Source: an uncultured Chloroflexia bacterium
GTDB taxonomy: Bacteria > Chloroflexota > Limnocylindria > Limnocylindrales > CSP1-4
Length of the DNA: 64,000 nt
Assembly (NCBI GenBank): GCA_963746845.1
Contig: CAVVCZ010000006.1
Coordinates: forward strand, 320,001 to 384,000
Direction: 5' to 3'
The notes under the pieces are model-generated. The model was not told the origin of the DNA. It was given only the letters and a program-made list of their open reading frames with translations, and did no database searches. Below are positions 18,033 through 27,283 of the stretch, in pieces. How positions within the stretch are numbered: position 1 is the first letter of the stretch; each line of letters begins with the position of its first letter. The position numbers and the translations under genes are program-made.

Positions 18033-18740
18033 ATGGATCAGGCATCGGCGCCGTGGCGCGTCCTGGAATCCGCCGACGACGCGAGCGAGCCGGGCCCCGG
18101 TGCGCGCCCGGCCGAGAGCGGGATCACGGCGCACCGGCTGTTCCCGTTCGCGATCACGGTTCTCGCGGCGGGTCTCGCGGTCGGGGCGTTCGCCGTCGCC
18201 GCCATCGGGGCGCGGCCGTCGATCGACGTCACCGGGGCCACACCCCAGGGGTCGGGTCCGGCCGACGCGTCGGCGCCCGCCGCCGGGCCGGCGTCGTCCG
18301 GCGGCGGAGCACGGCTCGTCGTCGACGTCCAGGGTGCGGTCGCCCACCCGGGCGTTGTTCGTCTCGTGGCCGGATCGCGTGTCGGGGATGCGATCGCGGC
18401 GGCCGGCGGCTACGGCCCGCGCGTCGCCGCCGATCGGGTCGGACAGGTCCTGAACCTCGCGGCGCTCCTCCGGGATGGCGACCAGATCCTGGTTCCGTCA
18501 CGCGACGACACGGGGCCCACGACGGCCGATCGCGGCGGGGCGGCCACCGCACCGATCGACCTGAACACCGCGACGGGCGAGCAGCTCGACGCGCTGCCCG
18601 GGATCGGCCCGGTGACGGCGGCGAAGATCCTCGCCGCACGCGACGAGCAGCCGTTCAGGTCGGTCGACGATCTCAAGTCGCGGAAGCTCGTCGGAGCGGC
18701 GACCTTCGACAAGATCCAGGCGCTCGTCACCGTCCGCTGA
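18033..18740 (+). CDS. comEA: Competence DNA-binding protein ComEA
   Basis: TM helix, [28 protein letters not shown], Hh[19 protein letters not shown]. Confidence 0.93.
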   Translation: MDQASAPWRVLESADDASEPGPGARPAESGITAHRLFPFAITVLAAGLAVGAFAVAAIGARPSIDVTGATPQGSGPADASAPAAGPASSGGGARLVVDVQGAVAHPGVVRLVAGSRVGDAIAAAGGYGPRVAADRVGQVLNLAALLRDGDQILVPSRDDTGPTTADRGGAATAPIDLNTATGEQLDALPGIGPVTAAKILAARDEQPFRSVDDLKSRKLVGAATFDKIQALVTVR

Positions 18741-18759
18741 GCCCGACCGAGCATTCGAC

Positions 18760-21327
18760 ATGACCTCCAGCGGCTGGCTGGCGATCGGCGCCGTCGTCGC
18801 TAGCCTCGTCGGACGGCGGATCGACCCGGCCTCGCTCGTGCTGCTGGCGACGGCGCTGTCGGTCGCGGCGGCAGGCTTCCGAGCAGGACGTCCGGTCGCG
18901 ACGCGGCGGCGGGTCACGTCCCTGATCGTGCTGGGGATCGGGGCGCTCGTCATCGCCCTGCGTCTCGCGTCGACCGCCCCGCCGGGGGGAGCCGTCGCCT
19001 CGCTTCCTGGCGGCTCGGGGCCGTGGACCGGCACGGTGGTCGGCATCTCGTCGCCGCGCGATGGCCAGCAGGTCGCGACGCTCCGACTCGACGGCGACGA
19101 GGCCGACGAGGCCCGCCCGCGGATCCTCCCGGTCACGGTGACGGCCACGCTCCCCCGCTTCCCGGCCGTGGAGCCTGGCGTTGTCGTCCGCGTCTCCGGG
19201 CGTCTGGAGCCGCCGCCGGACGGGCCCTACGGCGACTACCTGGCGCGGACCGGGGTTGCGGGCAGCCTCTTTTCCCGAAGCCTCGCGGTCGTCGGTCGGG
19301 AGGACGATCCCGGCTCCCGGCTGGAGGGGCTTCGGCGGGCCGCGGGTGACGCGCTGGCGGCGGCCATCCCGGAGCCGGAGGCCGGTCTCGCAGCCGGGAT
19401 CGTGATCGGACTGCGCGATCGTGTGGATCGCGACGTGGCCGCCGCCTTCACGACCGTCGGCGCGAGCCATGTCGTGGCGATCTCGGGCTGGAACATCGCG
19501 ATCGTGGCGGCGACCGTGGCCGCGCTCGCCGGTCGCCTCGGACGTCGCCGCCGGGCCATCGTGCTCGTCGTCGCGATCGTCGCCTACGTCCTGTTCGCGG
19601 GCGCGTCGCCGTCGGTCGTCCGCGCTGCCGCGATGGCTGGTGTCGTGCTGCTGGCACGCGAAAGCGGGCGAGCAGGGCGCGCGGCCGCGGCGCTCGGCTG
19701 GGCGGCCGTCCTGCTGCTGGTGGCCGATCCGGGCCTGATCGACGATCCGGGCTTCCAGCTCTCGACGCTCGCCACGGGCGGCATCCTGGCGTGGGCCTCG
19801 TCCTGGACCGAGCGGATCGGCCGGCTCGCCGGTGGCCGCGTGCCCCGTTGGCTCGCCGAGTCGCTCGGGGTCTCACTGGCCGCGCAGGTCGCGACGCTCC
19901 CGGTTGTCCTCCTGACGTTCGGGCGGCTGGCGGTCGTCTCGCCGGCCGTGAATCTCGCGATCGTCCCGATCGTGGCGCCGGCAATGGCGGCCGCCCTCGT
20001 CGCCCTCGCCGGCGGCGCCGCGTCGCTCCTCGGCGGCCCGGCCATCGTGGCGACCCTGGCCGGCCTCCCCGCATGGGGCCTGCTGACCGCGATGTGCACG
20101 ATCATCCGCGCGGCCGCGGCGCTGCCGTTCGCGAACGTGAGCTTCGGGCCGCCATGGACGCTCGTCGCGGGCGGTCTCAGTGCGGCCGCGATCCTCCGCG
20201 GCCCGGCGATCTGGCGATGGGCCCGTCGCCAACGGTCCGGCCGGCGGGCTCGAGAACCGCGGCCGGACTCGGCCCGGAACGATCGGTCGCCGGTCAGCCG
20301 GCCCGCGCGTCGCTCGTCGCGTCTGGCCCTGATCGGGCTCGTCGCGGCAGCTGCGAGCCTCGGGCTGGCGTTCGCCCACCGCGTTGACGGCACGACGCGG
20401 ATCACCGTCCTCGACATCGGACAGGGCGACGCGATCCTCGTCGAGGGGGGTCGCGGCGGCCGGATGCTCATCGACGGCGGACCGGACCCGGATCGGCTGC
20501 TCGTCGAGCTCGACCGGAGGCTGCCGCCGTGGGATCGACGGATCGACATCCTCGTGCTGACGCACCCGCACGAGGATCATGTCGCGGGGATGCCGCTCCT
20601 GCTCGAGCGCTACCGGATCGGCCGGATCTACGAGACCGGGATGCGCGGGCCGGGACCCGGCTACCGGGCGTTCGACCGCGAGCTCGCCCGGGGTGGCGCG
20701 CCGGCGAGGGCGCTGCTCTCGACGGGTGCGCGGATCGCCGTCGACGACATCCGTTTCCGGGTCCTGTGGCCGGATCCCGGTCGCGTCCCGCGGCAGCCGC
20801 CGGACGCCGGTCGCGGGATCAACGACGTCTCCGTGGTCCTGCTGGGCGAGGTCGCCGGGCGGCGGATCCTGCTGACCGGCGACGTGGAGGACGATGTCGA
20901 CCCGCTGCTCGCGAGCCGTGGCCTCCCGCCGGTCGACATCCTGAAGGTCGCCCACCACGGGAGCGCAACGGCGTCGACCTCGACGTTCCTCGACGAGGTC
21001 CGGCCGAAGGTGGCGATCGTGTCGGCCGGCGCGGGCAACCCGTACGGGCATCCGGCGCGATCGACGATCGATCGGCTCGCCGCCACGGGGGCACGCGTCC
21101 TCCGGACGGACACGGACGGCTCGGTCGCGGTCACGATCGATCCGGCCGGCGCGATCGCGGTGTCGACGACCGGTGCGCGTCGATCCTGGCTGTCGGCCCC
21201 GATCGCCGCCCGCCTGGCGATGGCGCGGATCCCGGCCCCGGGACCGCCGGCGGCCGCATCGCAGGCGGCGCCCATCCTCCGACCGGGTCCGGTCGCGTTC
21301 ACGTGCGGGATACCATCGACCGGATGA
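18760..21327 (+). CDS. comEC: DNA uptake channel ComEC/Rec2 with metallo-beta-lactamase domain
   Basis: SHVVAISGWN, PSVVRA, GFQLS, LDIGQGDA, THPHEDH, LKVAHHGS, NPYGHP. Confidence 0.95.
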   Translation: MTSSGWLAIGAVVASLVGRRIDPASLVLLATALSVAAAGFRAGRPVATRRRVTSLIVLGIGALVIALRLASTAPPGGAVASLPGGSGPWTGTVVGISSPRDGQQVATLRLDGDEADEARPRILPVTVTATLPRFPAVEPGVVVRVSGRLEPPPDGPYGDYLARTGVAGSLFSRSLAVVGREDDPGSRLEGLRRAAGDALAAAIPEPEAGLAAGIVIGLRDRVDRDVAAAFTTVGASHVVAISGWNIAIVAATVAALAGRLGRRRRAIVLVVAIVAYVLFAGASPSVVRAAAMAGVVLLARESGRAGRAAAALGWAAVLLLVADPGLIDDPGFQLSTLATGGILAWASSWTERIGRLAGGRVPRWLAESLGVSLAAQVATLPVVLLTFGRLAVVSPAVNLAIVPIVAPAMAAALVALAGGAASLLGGPAIVATLAGLPAWGLLTAMCTIIRAAAALPFANVSFGPPWTLVAGGLSAAAILRGPAIWRWARRQRSGRRAREPRPDSARNDRSPVSRPARRSSRLALIGLVAAAASLGLAFAHRVDGTTRITVLDIGQGDAILVEGGRGGRMLIDGGPDPDRLLVELDRRLPPWDRRIDILVLTHPHEDHVAGMPLLLERYRIGRIYETGMRGPGPGYRAFDRELARGGAPARALLSTGARIAVDDIRFRVLWPDPGRVPRQPPDAGRGINDVSVVLLGEVAGRRILLTGDVEDDVDPLLASRGLPPVDILKVAHHGSATASTSTFLDEVRPKVAIVSAGAGNPYGHPARSTIDRLAATGARVLRTDTDGSVAVTIDPAGAIAVSTTGARRSWLSAPIAARLAMARIPAPGPPAAASQAAPILRPGPVAFTCGIPSTG

Positions 21328-22424
21328 CCGCCCGATCCCCGCTCGCTTACTTCTGGGGCGACGACGACCTCTCGATCGACCGCGCGGTCGCGCGGTTCGC
21401 CAGGCATGTCGCGGACGGCGGCGAGCCGCTCGAGCCGTGGAGGCTCCGAGGCAACAAGAACCTCGCTGACGGCCAGATCGCCGAGATCCAGTCGCGGATC
21501 GCGACGCCGGTGCTGTTCGGCGGGGGCACGCTGGCGGTGGTCAGCAACGCGGGCGCCCTCATGGTCACGACGGAGGGCCGTGACGCCGTCCTCGCGCTCG
21601 TCGGGCTCACGGCACCGGGCAACGGACTCGTGATCGTCGAGCAGGCACGGAGCGGCGCGAGAGGGCCGGGCCAGCTGAAGCTCGCGAAGGCGATCCAGGA
21701 CGCGGGCGGCGTGATCCGCGAGTTCCCCTCGCCGCGCGAAGGCGGCCTGGCGGCCTGGATCGACAGCGAGGCCCGGGACCGTGGGATGCGTCTCGCGCCG
21801 GGCGCGGCCAAGGAGATCGCGTCGCGGATCGGCGGGTTCGTGCGCGAGGGCGATGCCGATCGACGCGATCAGACGCGGCGGGCGGCGATGGAGCTCGACA
21901 AGCTGGCGCTCTACCGGCCGGACGCCTCGATCACGGTCGATGACGTCGCCGCGCTCGTCGCGGAGGCCGTGCCGGGATCGGCGTGGGCGTTCGCCGACGC
22001 CGTCGGCGACCGCGACGGGCCGCGGGCGACGGCGCTCCTCGAGACGCTGGCCGAGACGATGCCCGAGCCGGTCATCGTCGTCGTCCTGCATCGCCGGGTT
22101 CGCGAGATGCTGGAGCTCAAGGACCGGCTGCCGACGGCGAAGAACGTCGGCGAGGCCGGCAGGGCGATGGGGATCAACGCTGCGTATCGCGCACAGCGGA
22201 TCGCCGAGCAGGGGGCCCGCTGGAAGGCGGCGGAGCTGGTGGCCGCGCTCGACGGGATCCTGGAGCTCGACGCGGTCGTCAAGGGTGCACCGGGCCGGGG
22301 CGGCGAGGGCGCCTGGCACCGACTCGCGTTCACGCTCTGGATCGCCGACCACGTCGGCCGCTCAGGAGTCCGACGACCCCCCGGCGTCAGCGCCCGCCGC
22401 AGTCCCGCGGCGTCGGCCCGCTAG
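21324..22424 (+). CDS. holA: DNA polymerase III delta subunit
   Basis: AYFWGDDD, TPVLFGG, MELDKLALY..ITVDDVAALV, D..VKG; position after comEC. Confidence 0.85.
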   Translation: MTARSPLAYFWGDDDLSIDRAVARFARHVADGGEPLEPWRLRGNKNLADGQIAEIQSRIATPVLFGGGTLAVVSNAGALMVTTEGRDAVLALVGLTAPGNGLVIVEQARSGARGPGQLKLAKAIQDAGGVIREFPSPREGGLAAWIDSEARDRGMRLAPGAAKEIASRIGGFVREGDADRRDQTRRAAMELDKLALYRPDASITVDDVAALVAEAVPGSAWAFADAVGDRDGPRATALLETLAETMPEPVIVVVLHRRVREMLELKDRLPTAKNVGEAGRAMGINAAYRAQRIAEQGARWKAAELVAALDGILELDAVVKGAPGRGGEGAWHRLAFTLWIADHVGRSGVRRPPGVSARRSPAASAR

Positions 22425-22675
22425 TCGGCAGACGACCAGGCCTGCTCCTGGACGACCAGATCCGATTCGATGGCGAAGACGCAGCGGCCGTCGCGCAGGT
22501 CGAGCAGCTCGATCAGCTCCGGATCGATGTAGAGCTGGTGGCAGTCCTCGCACAGGCCGCCGGGGATGCCGAAGCACAGACGCTCGGTTCGATCCGACAT
22601 CCGGAACGTCGTGTCGAACCGGGTCGTGATCAGCCGTCGACTGCAACCGGGGCAGCGCTCGCGAAGGCGGGACAT
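22421..22675 (-). CDS. Small YgiT/MqsA-type zinc-finger protein
   Basis: CPGC...IPGGLCEDCHQLYID spacing. Confidence 0.6.
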   Translation of the reverse strand: MSRLRERCPGCSRRLITTRFDTTFRMSDRTERLCFGIPGGLCEDCHQLYIDPELIELLDLRDGRCVFAIESDLVVQEQAWSSAD

Positions 22676-22815
22676 CGATCGAGCCGTTGGGCCTCGTGGA
22701 CGGGTCGATCGGCGATCGACCACCTGCACGGGATGCTGCGGCCCGCCTCGAGGCCCCGACATGACCCGACGGTACCGCCATGCCGTCGGTACTCGGGCTA
22801 CCGCGCCATGGCGCC

Positions 22816-22942
22816 GACTGCGTTCGTCGCGGCTGGGCGGTCAGGGCAAGGCGAAGCCGAGCACCGGAGCGAGCGCACGCGGACGTGCGTGAGCGAGGAG
22901 CGCAGGGTTCAACGCCGCCATGTCCGTCCAGGCGCGACAGTC
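22816..22942 (-). repeat. ~128-nt structured intergenic repeat, copy B
   Basis: Minus strand GACTGTCGCGCCTGG...GCTCAC-GCAC-gtccgc-GTGC-GCTCGC...CGCGACGAACGCAGTC; homologous to 27021-27150 and 44853-44980. Confidence 0.88.
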
Positions 22943-23405
22943 ATTGAACCCGGAGGACGACCTTTGCCTCCGACCAGTGCTTCTCCAGCGAGTAGTAGTC
23001 GCGCTCCGGCGGGGTGAACACGTGGACGACCACGGCGCCGAAGTCGACGAGGACCCAGTGCGACGACGCGGTGCCCTCACGGCCGATCGGGCGGACCTTC
23101 TCCGATCGCATGCCCTCGATGATCCCGTCGGCGATCGCGTCGAGCTGCCGCTCGGAGCCGCCCGAGCAGATCACGAACGCGTCCGCCAGCGTCGTCAACC
23201 CGGCGAGGTCGAGCAGGACGATGTCGGCCGCCTTCTTGTCCTCGGCGAGCTCGACGATCCGTCGCGCCATGTCGAGGGGCGGTCGCTCCGGGATCGCGAC
23301 GGCCGCCCCGGCCGGCGCCTCGCCCCGAGTGGGCAGGCCGTCGGGTCGAGGGGTGGTCGCGGACGTGCCTGCGGGGGTTCCGGCGTCGGTCATGGGGTCG
23401 GTCAC
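22941..23405 (-). CDS. rsfS: Ribosome silencing factor RsfS (Iojap)
   Basis: EDKKAADIVLLD, ADAFVICSG.SERQ, WVLVDFG.VVVHVF..PERDYYSLEK.W. Confidence 0.95.
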   Translation of the reverse strand: MTDPMTDAGTPAGTSATTPRPDGLPTRGEAPAGAAVAIPERPPLDMARRIVELAEDKKAADIVLLDLAGLTTLADAFVICSGGSERQLDAIADGIIEGMRSEKVRPIGREGTASSHWVLVDFGAVVVHVFTPPERDYYSLEKHWSEAKVVLRVQ

Positions 23406-24085
23406 GGGCTGGCGGTCTCCTGTTGCTCGGGATGACGATACAGCCCATTGTCCCGGATGACCTCCGCGACGGCCGGCGACACGAGGCCGTCGATCGGCTC
23501 GCCGAGGGCCACCAGGCGTCGGATCTCCGAGGCCGAGACCGCGATCGCGGGCAGATCGAGGAGGGCGATCCGGCTGGATCCGCCGACGACGACGGCGTCC
23601 GCGGCGGTCACGTCGGGCGCCGGGTAGCCCGGCCGGGGCGCGACGGCCACCCGGGACAGCTCGAGCAGTCGCTCGGGCCGGTGCCACGTCGCGAGGCCGG
23701 CAAACGACTCGGCCGAGAGGATGACCGTCACGTCCGGGGCGCGGCCCGCCGAGCGTTGAGCCGCGACCAGCGCCTCGACCGTGTCCACCGTCCACGACGG
23801 GCCGCCCCGGTCCAGCTCGATCCGGCTGGCCTCGAGACGCGGCTCACCGGCGATCCCCGCCTCGACCAGTGCCAGCCGCACCTCCGGCGGGCTGATCGGG
23901 CGACCGGTCTTGTGCGGCGGGTTGGCGGCGGGGATGACGAGGACCCGCTCCAGCCCGAGCTGATCGCGCGCCGCGCGGGCCAGCGCCAGGTGCCCGAGGT
24001 GGAACGGGTCGAAGGTCCCCCCGAGCATCCCGATCGAGCCCGGCCGGATCGGCGCGACGAGCGCGGAGCCCGATTCGCCGGTCAC
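23402..24085 (-). CDS. nadD: Nicotinate-nucleotide adenylyltransferase
   Basis: GGTFDPFHLGHL, PPHK, PSWTVDT, VSASEIR. Confidence 0.95.
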   Translation of the reverse strand: MTGESGSALVAPIRPGSIGMLGGTFDPFHLGHLALARAARDQLGLERVLVIPAANPPHKTGRPISPPEVRLALVEAGIAGEPRLEASRIELDRGGPSWTVDTVEALVAAQRSAGRAPDVTVILSAESFAGLATWHRPERLLELSRVAVAPRPGYPAPDVTAADAVVVGGSSRIALLDLPAIAVSASEIRRLVALGEPIDGLVSPAVAEVIRDNGLYRHPEQQETASP

Positions 24086-25389
24086 AGCTCCCAGGGCTGG
24101 GCTTCCCATTCCAGCTCGGTCGAACCGATCCGGACCAGGTCGCGGGGCCCGACGCCCCGGCGGCGGAGCTCGTCCTCGATCCCGAAGCGGGCGAGGGCCT
24201 TCTGGAACCGCTCGGCCGACTCCTCCACGTCGAAGTTCGTCTGCGCGGCCAGCCGCTCGATCCGCCGGCCGCGGACACGGAGGACCCCGTCGGCGTCCTC
24301 CTCGACGAAGAACCCGTCGTCGGCCGGGTCGATCCGATGGACGACGACGCCCGCGGGCTCCGGCGGCGTCCCCAGCTCGTCGGCGCCCGGCAGGAGCTCG
24401 CCGATCCGTGCCCGAAGCTCGGCGAGGCCGGTGCCCTCGGTCGCCGAGATCGCGACGGTGTCCTCGCCCGCCGCCCGACGAGCCTTGCGGAAGGCGGGCC
24501 ACGCCCCGACGGCCGCAGGCCGGTCCATCTTGTTGAACACGACGAGGATCGGCTTGTCGAGCAGCGCGGGATCGTGGGCGAGGAGCTCGTCGCGGATGAC
24601 GTCGTGGTCCCAGCCCGGGTCGCGCGACGACCCGTCGACGATGTGGAGGAGCACGCGGGTCCGCTCGACGTGACGGAGGAACGCGTGACCCAGCCCGGCC
24701 CCGCTCGATGCCCCCTCGATCAGGCCCGGGACGTCGGCGATCGTCGGCCGGCGCTCGTCACCGGACGGGTCGTCGGGATCGGCCAGGTCCATGACGCCGA
24801 GGTTCGGCTCGAGCGTCGTGAACGGGTAGTCCGCGATCTTCGGCGTCGCGGCGGTCAGGGCGGCCAGGAGCGTCGACTTGCCGGCGTTCGGCAGCCCGAC
24901 CAGCCCGACGTCGGCGATCAGGCGGAGCTCGAGCCGGAGCCGGCGCTCCTCGCCGGGCTCGCCCTTCTGCGCGTGCTTGGGGGCCTGGTGGGTCGCCGTC
25001 TTGAAGTGCGTGTTCCCGAGGCCGCCTCGACCGCCGCGCGCGACGGCCGCCACCTGTCCCACCGCGACGAGGTCCGCCAGGAGCTCGCCAGTCTCGTCAT
25101 CGAGCACGGCCGTGCCGGGCGGGACGTCGAGGATCAGGTCGTCGCCTGCCGAGCCGTGCCGGCGCGCCCGTTCGCCGCGTCCACCGGAGGTCGCCTTGAA
25201 GTGGTGCTTGAAGCGGAAGTCGCGGAGCGTCGTCTGCCCGGCGTCGACGATCAACCGGATCGAGCCGCCACGTCCCCCGTCGCCGCCGTCGGGGCCGCCC
25301 CGGGGGACATGGGCCTCGTGCCGGAACGTCGCGGCACCGTCACCGCCGTCGCCGCCCTTGACGAAGATCGTGACGCGGTCGAGGAACAT
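24082..25389 (-). CDS. obgE: GTPase ObgE/CgtA
   Basis: MFLD..GGDGG..GGPDGGDGG, ADVGLVGLPNAGKST, DYPFTTL.PNLG, DVPG, NKMD. Confidence 0.98.
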   Translation of the reverse strand: MFLDRVTIFVKGGDGGDGAATFRHEAHVPRGGPDGGDGGRGGSIRLIVDAGQTTLRDFRFKHHFKATSGGRGERARRHGSAGDDLILDVPPGTAVLDDETGELLADLVAVGQVAAVARGGRGGLGNTHFKTATHQAPKHAQKGEPGEERRLRLELRLIADVGLVGLPNAGKSTLLAALTAATPKIADYPFTTLEPNLGVMDLADPDDPSGDERRPTIADVPGLIEGASSGAGLGHAFLRHVERTRVLLHIVDGSSRDPGWDHDVIRDELLAHDPALLDKPILVVFNKMDRPAAVGAWPAFRKARRAAGEDTVAISATEGTGLAELRARIGELLPGADELGTPPEPAGVVVHRIDPADDGFFVEEDADGVLRVRGRRIERLAAQTNFDVEESAERFQKALARFGIEDELRRRGVGPRDLVRIGSTELEWEAQPWEL

Positions 25390-25472
25390 CGCGGCGATTG
25401 TCGCATCCGCACCCGATCGCACCGGCCGCCGCGATCGCGTCGACGCGCGCGGGCTGGACCGTGAGGCCTCGA

Positions 25473-25508
25473 TCGCGTCGCCGGCCCTCCTCCAAGCCGG
25501 CGACGCGA
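25473..25508 (-). terminator. 13-bp hairpin downstream of M23 gene
   Basis: TCGCGTCGCCGGC-loop-GCCGGCGACGCGA. Confidence 0.5.
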
Positions 25509-25522
25509 CGGGCGTCAGGCGA

Positions 25523-26854
25523 TCAGAGATAGAGCAGCGGGTTGACCCGAGTGCCGCCGTCCCAGACGGGGCCGCGCCAGACCTCGAAGTGGAGATGCGG
25601 CCCGGTCGCGTTGCCGGTCATGCCGACCCGCCCGACCTGCTGGCCGCGACCGACCGACTGGCCGCTCCCGACGGTGATCGACGACATGTGGTTGTAGGTC
25701 GTGTAGAGGTTCGAGCCGTGGGCGATCCAGACCTGGTAGCCGCCGCCGTTGTTCTTCCAGCCGGCGAAGATCACGGTCCCGGACGCGGCGGCCATGACCG
25801 TGGTCCCCGGATCGGCCGCAATGTCGATCGCGTAGTGGCCGTAGTGGAAATACTGGCTGATGTAGCCGCCCGCGACCGGCCAGTGGAACGCGCCACCGGT
25901 GTACTGCGCGGGCGGGCGGCCACCACCGCCACCGCCACTCGACGTGTGGGTCGGGCGGCTGGACACCGGGGCCTTCGTGGGCTTTGGGGTCGGGATGCCG
26001 GCGGCGCGTGCGCCGGGGATCGTGAGCGTCTGCCCGATGACGAGGTTCGGATCGGCCAGGTCGTTGGCGCTGACGATCTCCGCCGGATCGACGTCGAACT
26101 TGGCCGCGAGGGCGTCGAGGGTGTCCGTCGCGCCGACCGTGACGACGATCCCGCTCACCGGCGGGATGACGAGCTTCTGCCCGACATGGAGCGCGTCCTT
26201 CGATGTCAGGTGGTTGGCCCACCACAGGGTCATCATCGAGACGTGGAAGTGACGCGCGATCCCGGTCAGCGTGTCGCCCGAGCGGACGCGGTAGGTCTGG
26301 ATCAGGGCCTTGCCATCGGAGATGGTCGTGTCGACGGCGCCGGGCTTGACGAGCGTGCCGTCATCCGCGAACGGGCCGTCGATGACCTGGCGGTCGTCCG
26401 GCGACAGGACCGTCGGGGCCACGAGGTCGTCGTCCAGCGAGACGTTGCCGTCGACCGCCGACGTGCCGTCGGTCGTGCCCGCGCCGTTCGTCGTGTCCGT
26501 GCCGTCGATCGTGTTGTCGATGCCGCCCTGCGGCGCACCCTCGAGGCCCGAGACCGCGCCCCCGACCGCGATCCGCGGCTCGGAGCCGGCGCCGGAGGTG
26601 TTGCCGGTGGGGCCGCCGAGCCCGCTGGCGCCCAGGTTGCTCACGGCGATGGCGACGGCGACCAGCCCCACGGCAGTCAGCGAGACGAGTCGCTCACCAT
26701 CCAGGCGCGGCCAGCCGATCGATCGCGGGCTCCGTACGCCATGGGCCATCGAGACGCTGCGCCGCTGCAGGGTGGCGGCAGCCACCGAGCGACGAGCCTG
26801 GGTCGGTCTCAGGCGCGACATGATGCGCCGGACGCCGACGGATGCGTTGAGCAA
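25523..26854 (-). CDS. LysM x2 plus M23 peptidoglycan endopeptidase
   Basis: YRVRSGDTL.GIA and VGATDTL LysM repeats; HYAIDI, YNHMS, TGPHLHFEV; AGGAG before TTG 26854. Confidence 0.92.
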   Translation of the reverse strand: MLNASVGVRRIMSRLRPTQARRSVAAATLQRRSVSMAHGVRSPRSIGWPRLDGERLVSLTAVGLVAVAIAVSNLGASGLGGPTGNTSGAGSEPRIAVGGAVSGLEGAPQGGIDNTIDGTDTTNGAGTTDGTSAVDGNVSLDDDLVAPTVLSPDDRQVIDGPFADDGTLVKPGAVDTTISDGKALIQTYRVRSGDTLTGIARHFHVSMMTLWWANHLTSKDALHVGQKLVIPPVSGIVVTVGATDTLDALAAKFDVDPAEIVSANDLADPNLVIGQTLTIPGARAAGIPTPKPTKAPVSSRPTHTSSGGGGGGRPPAQYTGGAFHWPVAGGYISQYFHYGHYAIDIAADPGTTVMAAASGTVIFAGWKNNGGGYQVWIAHGSNLYTTYNHMSSITVGSGQSVGRGQQVGRVGMTGNATGPHLHFEVWRGPVWDGGTRVNPLLYL

Positions 26855-26984
26855 TGAGGTCTCCTGAGGGGGACGGTCGCAGCATGAGTGGGGCGCTGGG
26901 GGAGTGACCGTCCTGGTCGCGATATCGAGCTGGGGTCTCTACGCGGCCGAGCCCGCACCCACGCGGGCTTGCGACATCGCGGGA

Positions 26985-27013
26985 ACTGTAACGGACCGGT
27001 AACACCGTGGCAA
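26985..27013 (-). promoter_or_regulatory. Sigma-70 promoter for LysM/M23 gene with GTTAC direct repeat in spacer
   Basis: TTGCCA-17-TACAGT; TGTTAC-N5-CGTTAC overlapping. Confidence 0.6.
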
Positions 27014-27020
27014 ACGAAAG

Positions 27021-27150
27021 GGCTGTCGCGCCTGGGCACGCCATCGCGTCGTTGCCGGCTGCGGTCCGCGCTCACGCACCCTCAGGTGCGCTCGCTTTCG
27101 GTCCTCGCCGGCGCCTCACGCTGACGCACCCATGCGCGACGAACGCAGTC
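27021..27150 (+). repeat. ~128-nt structured intergenic repeat, copy A
   Basis: GGCTGTCGCGCCTGG...GCTCAC-GCAC-cctcag-GTGC-GCTCGC...CGCGACGAACGCAGTC. Confidence 0.88.
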
Positions 27151-27283
27151 TTGTGCGGGTCACGCAGTTGCGCGGCCCTTCGTGGGGCGGCTGGCGTGCG
27201 AGCAGGCGGGCGACGTCGCGCGCGGGGTCGGTGTTCGGGCGGCGGACGGCGTTCGGAGAGGCGGGCGGCGTTCGGGGCGGCCG

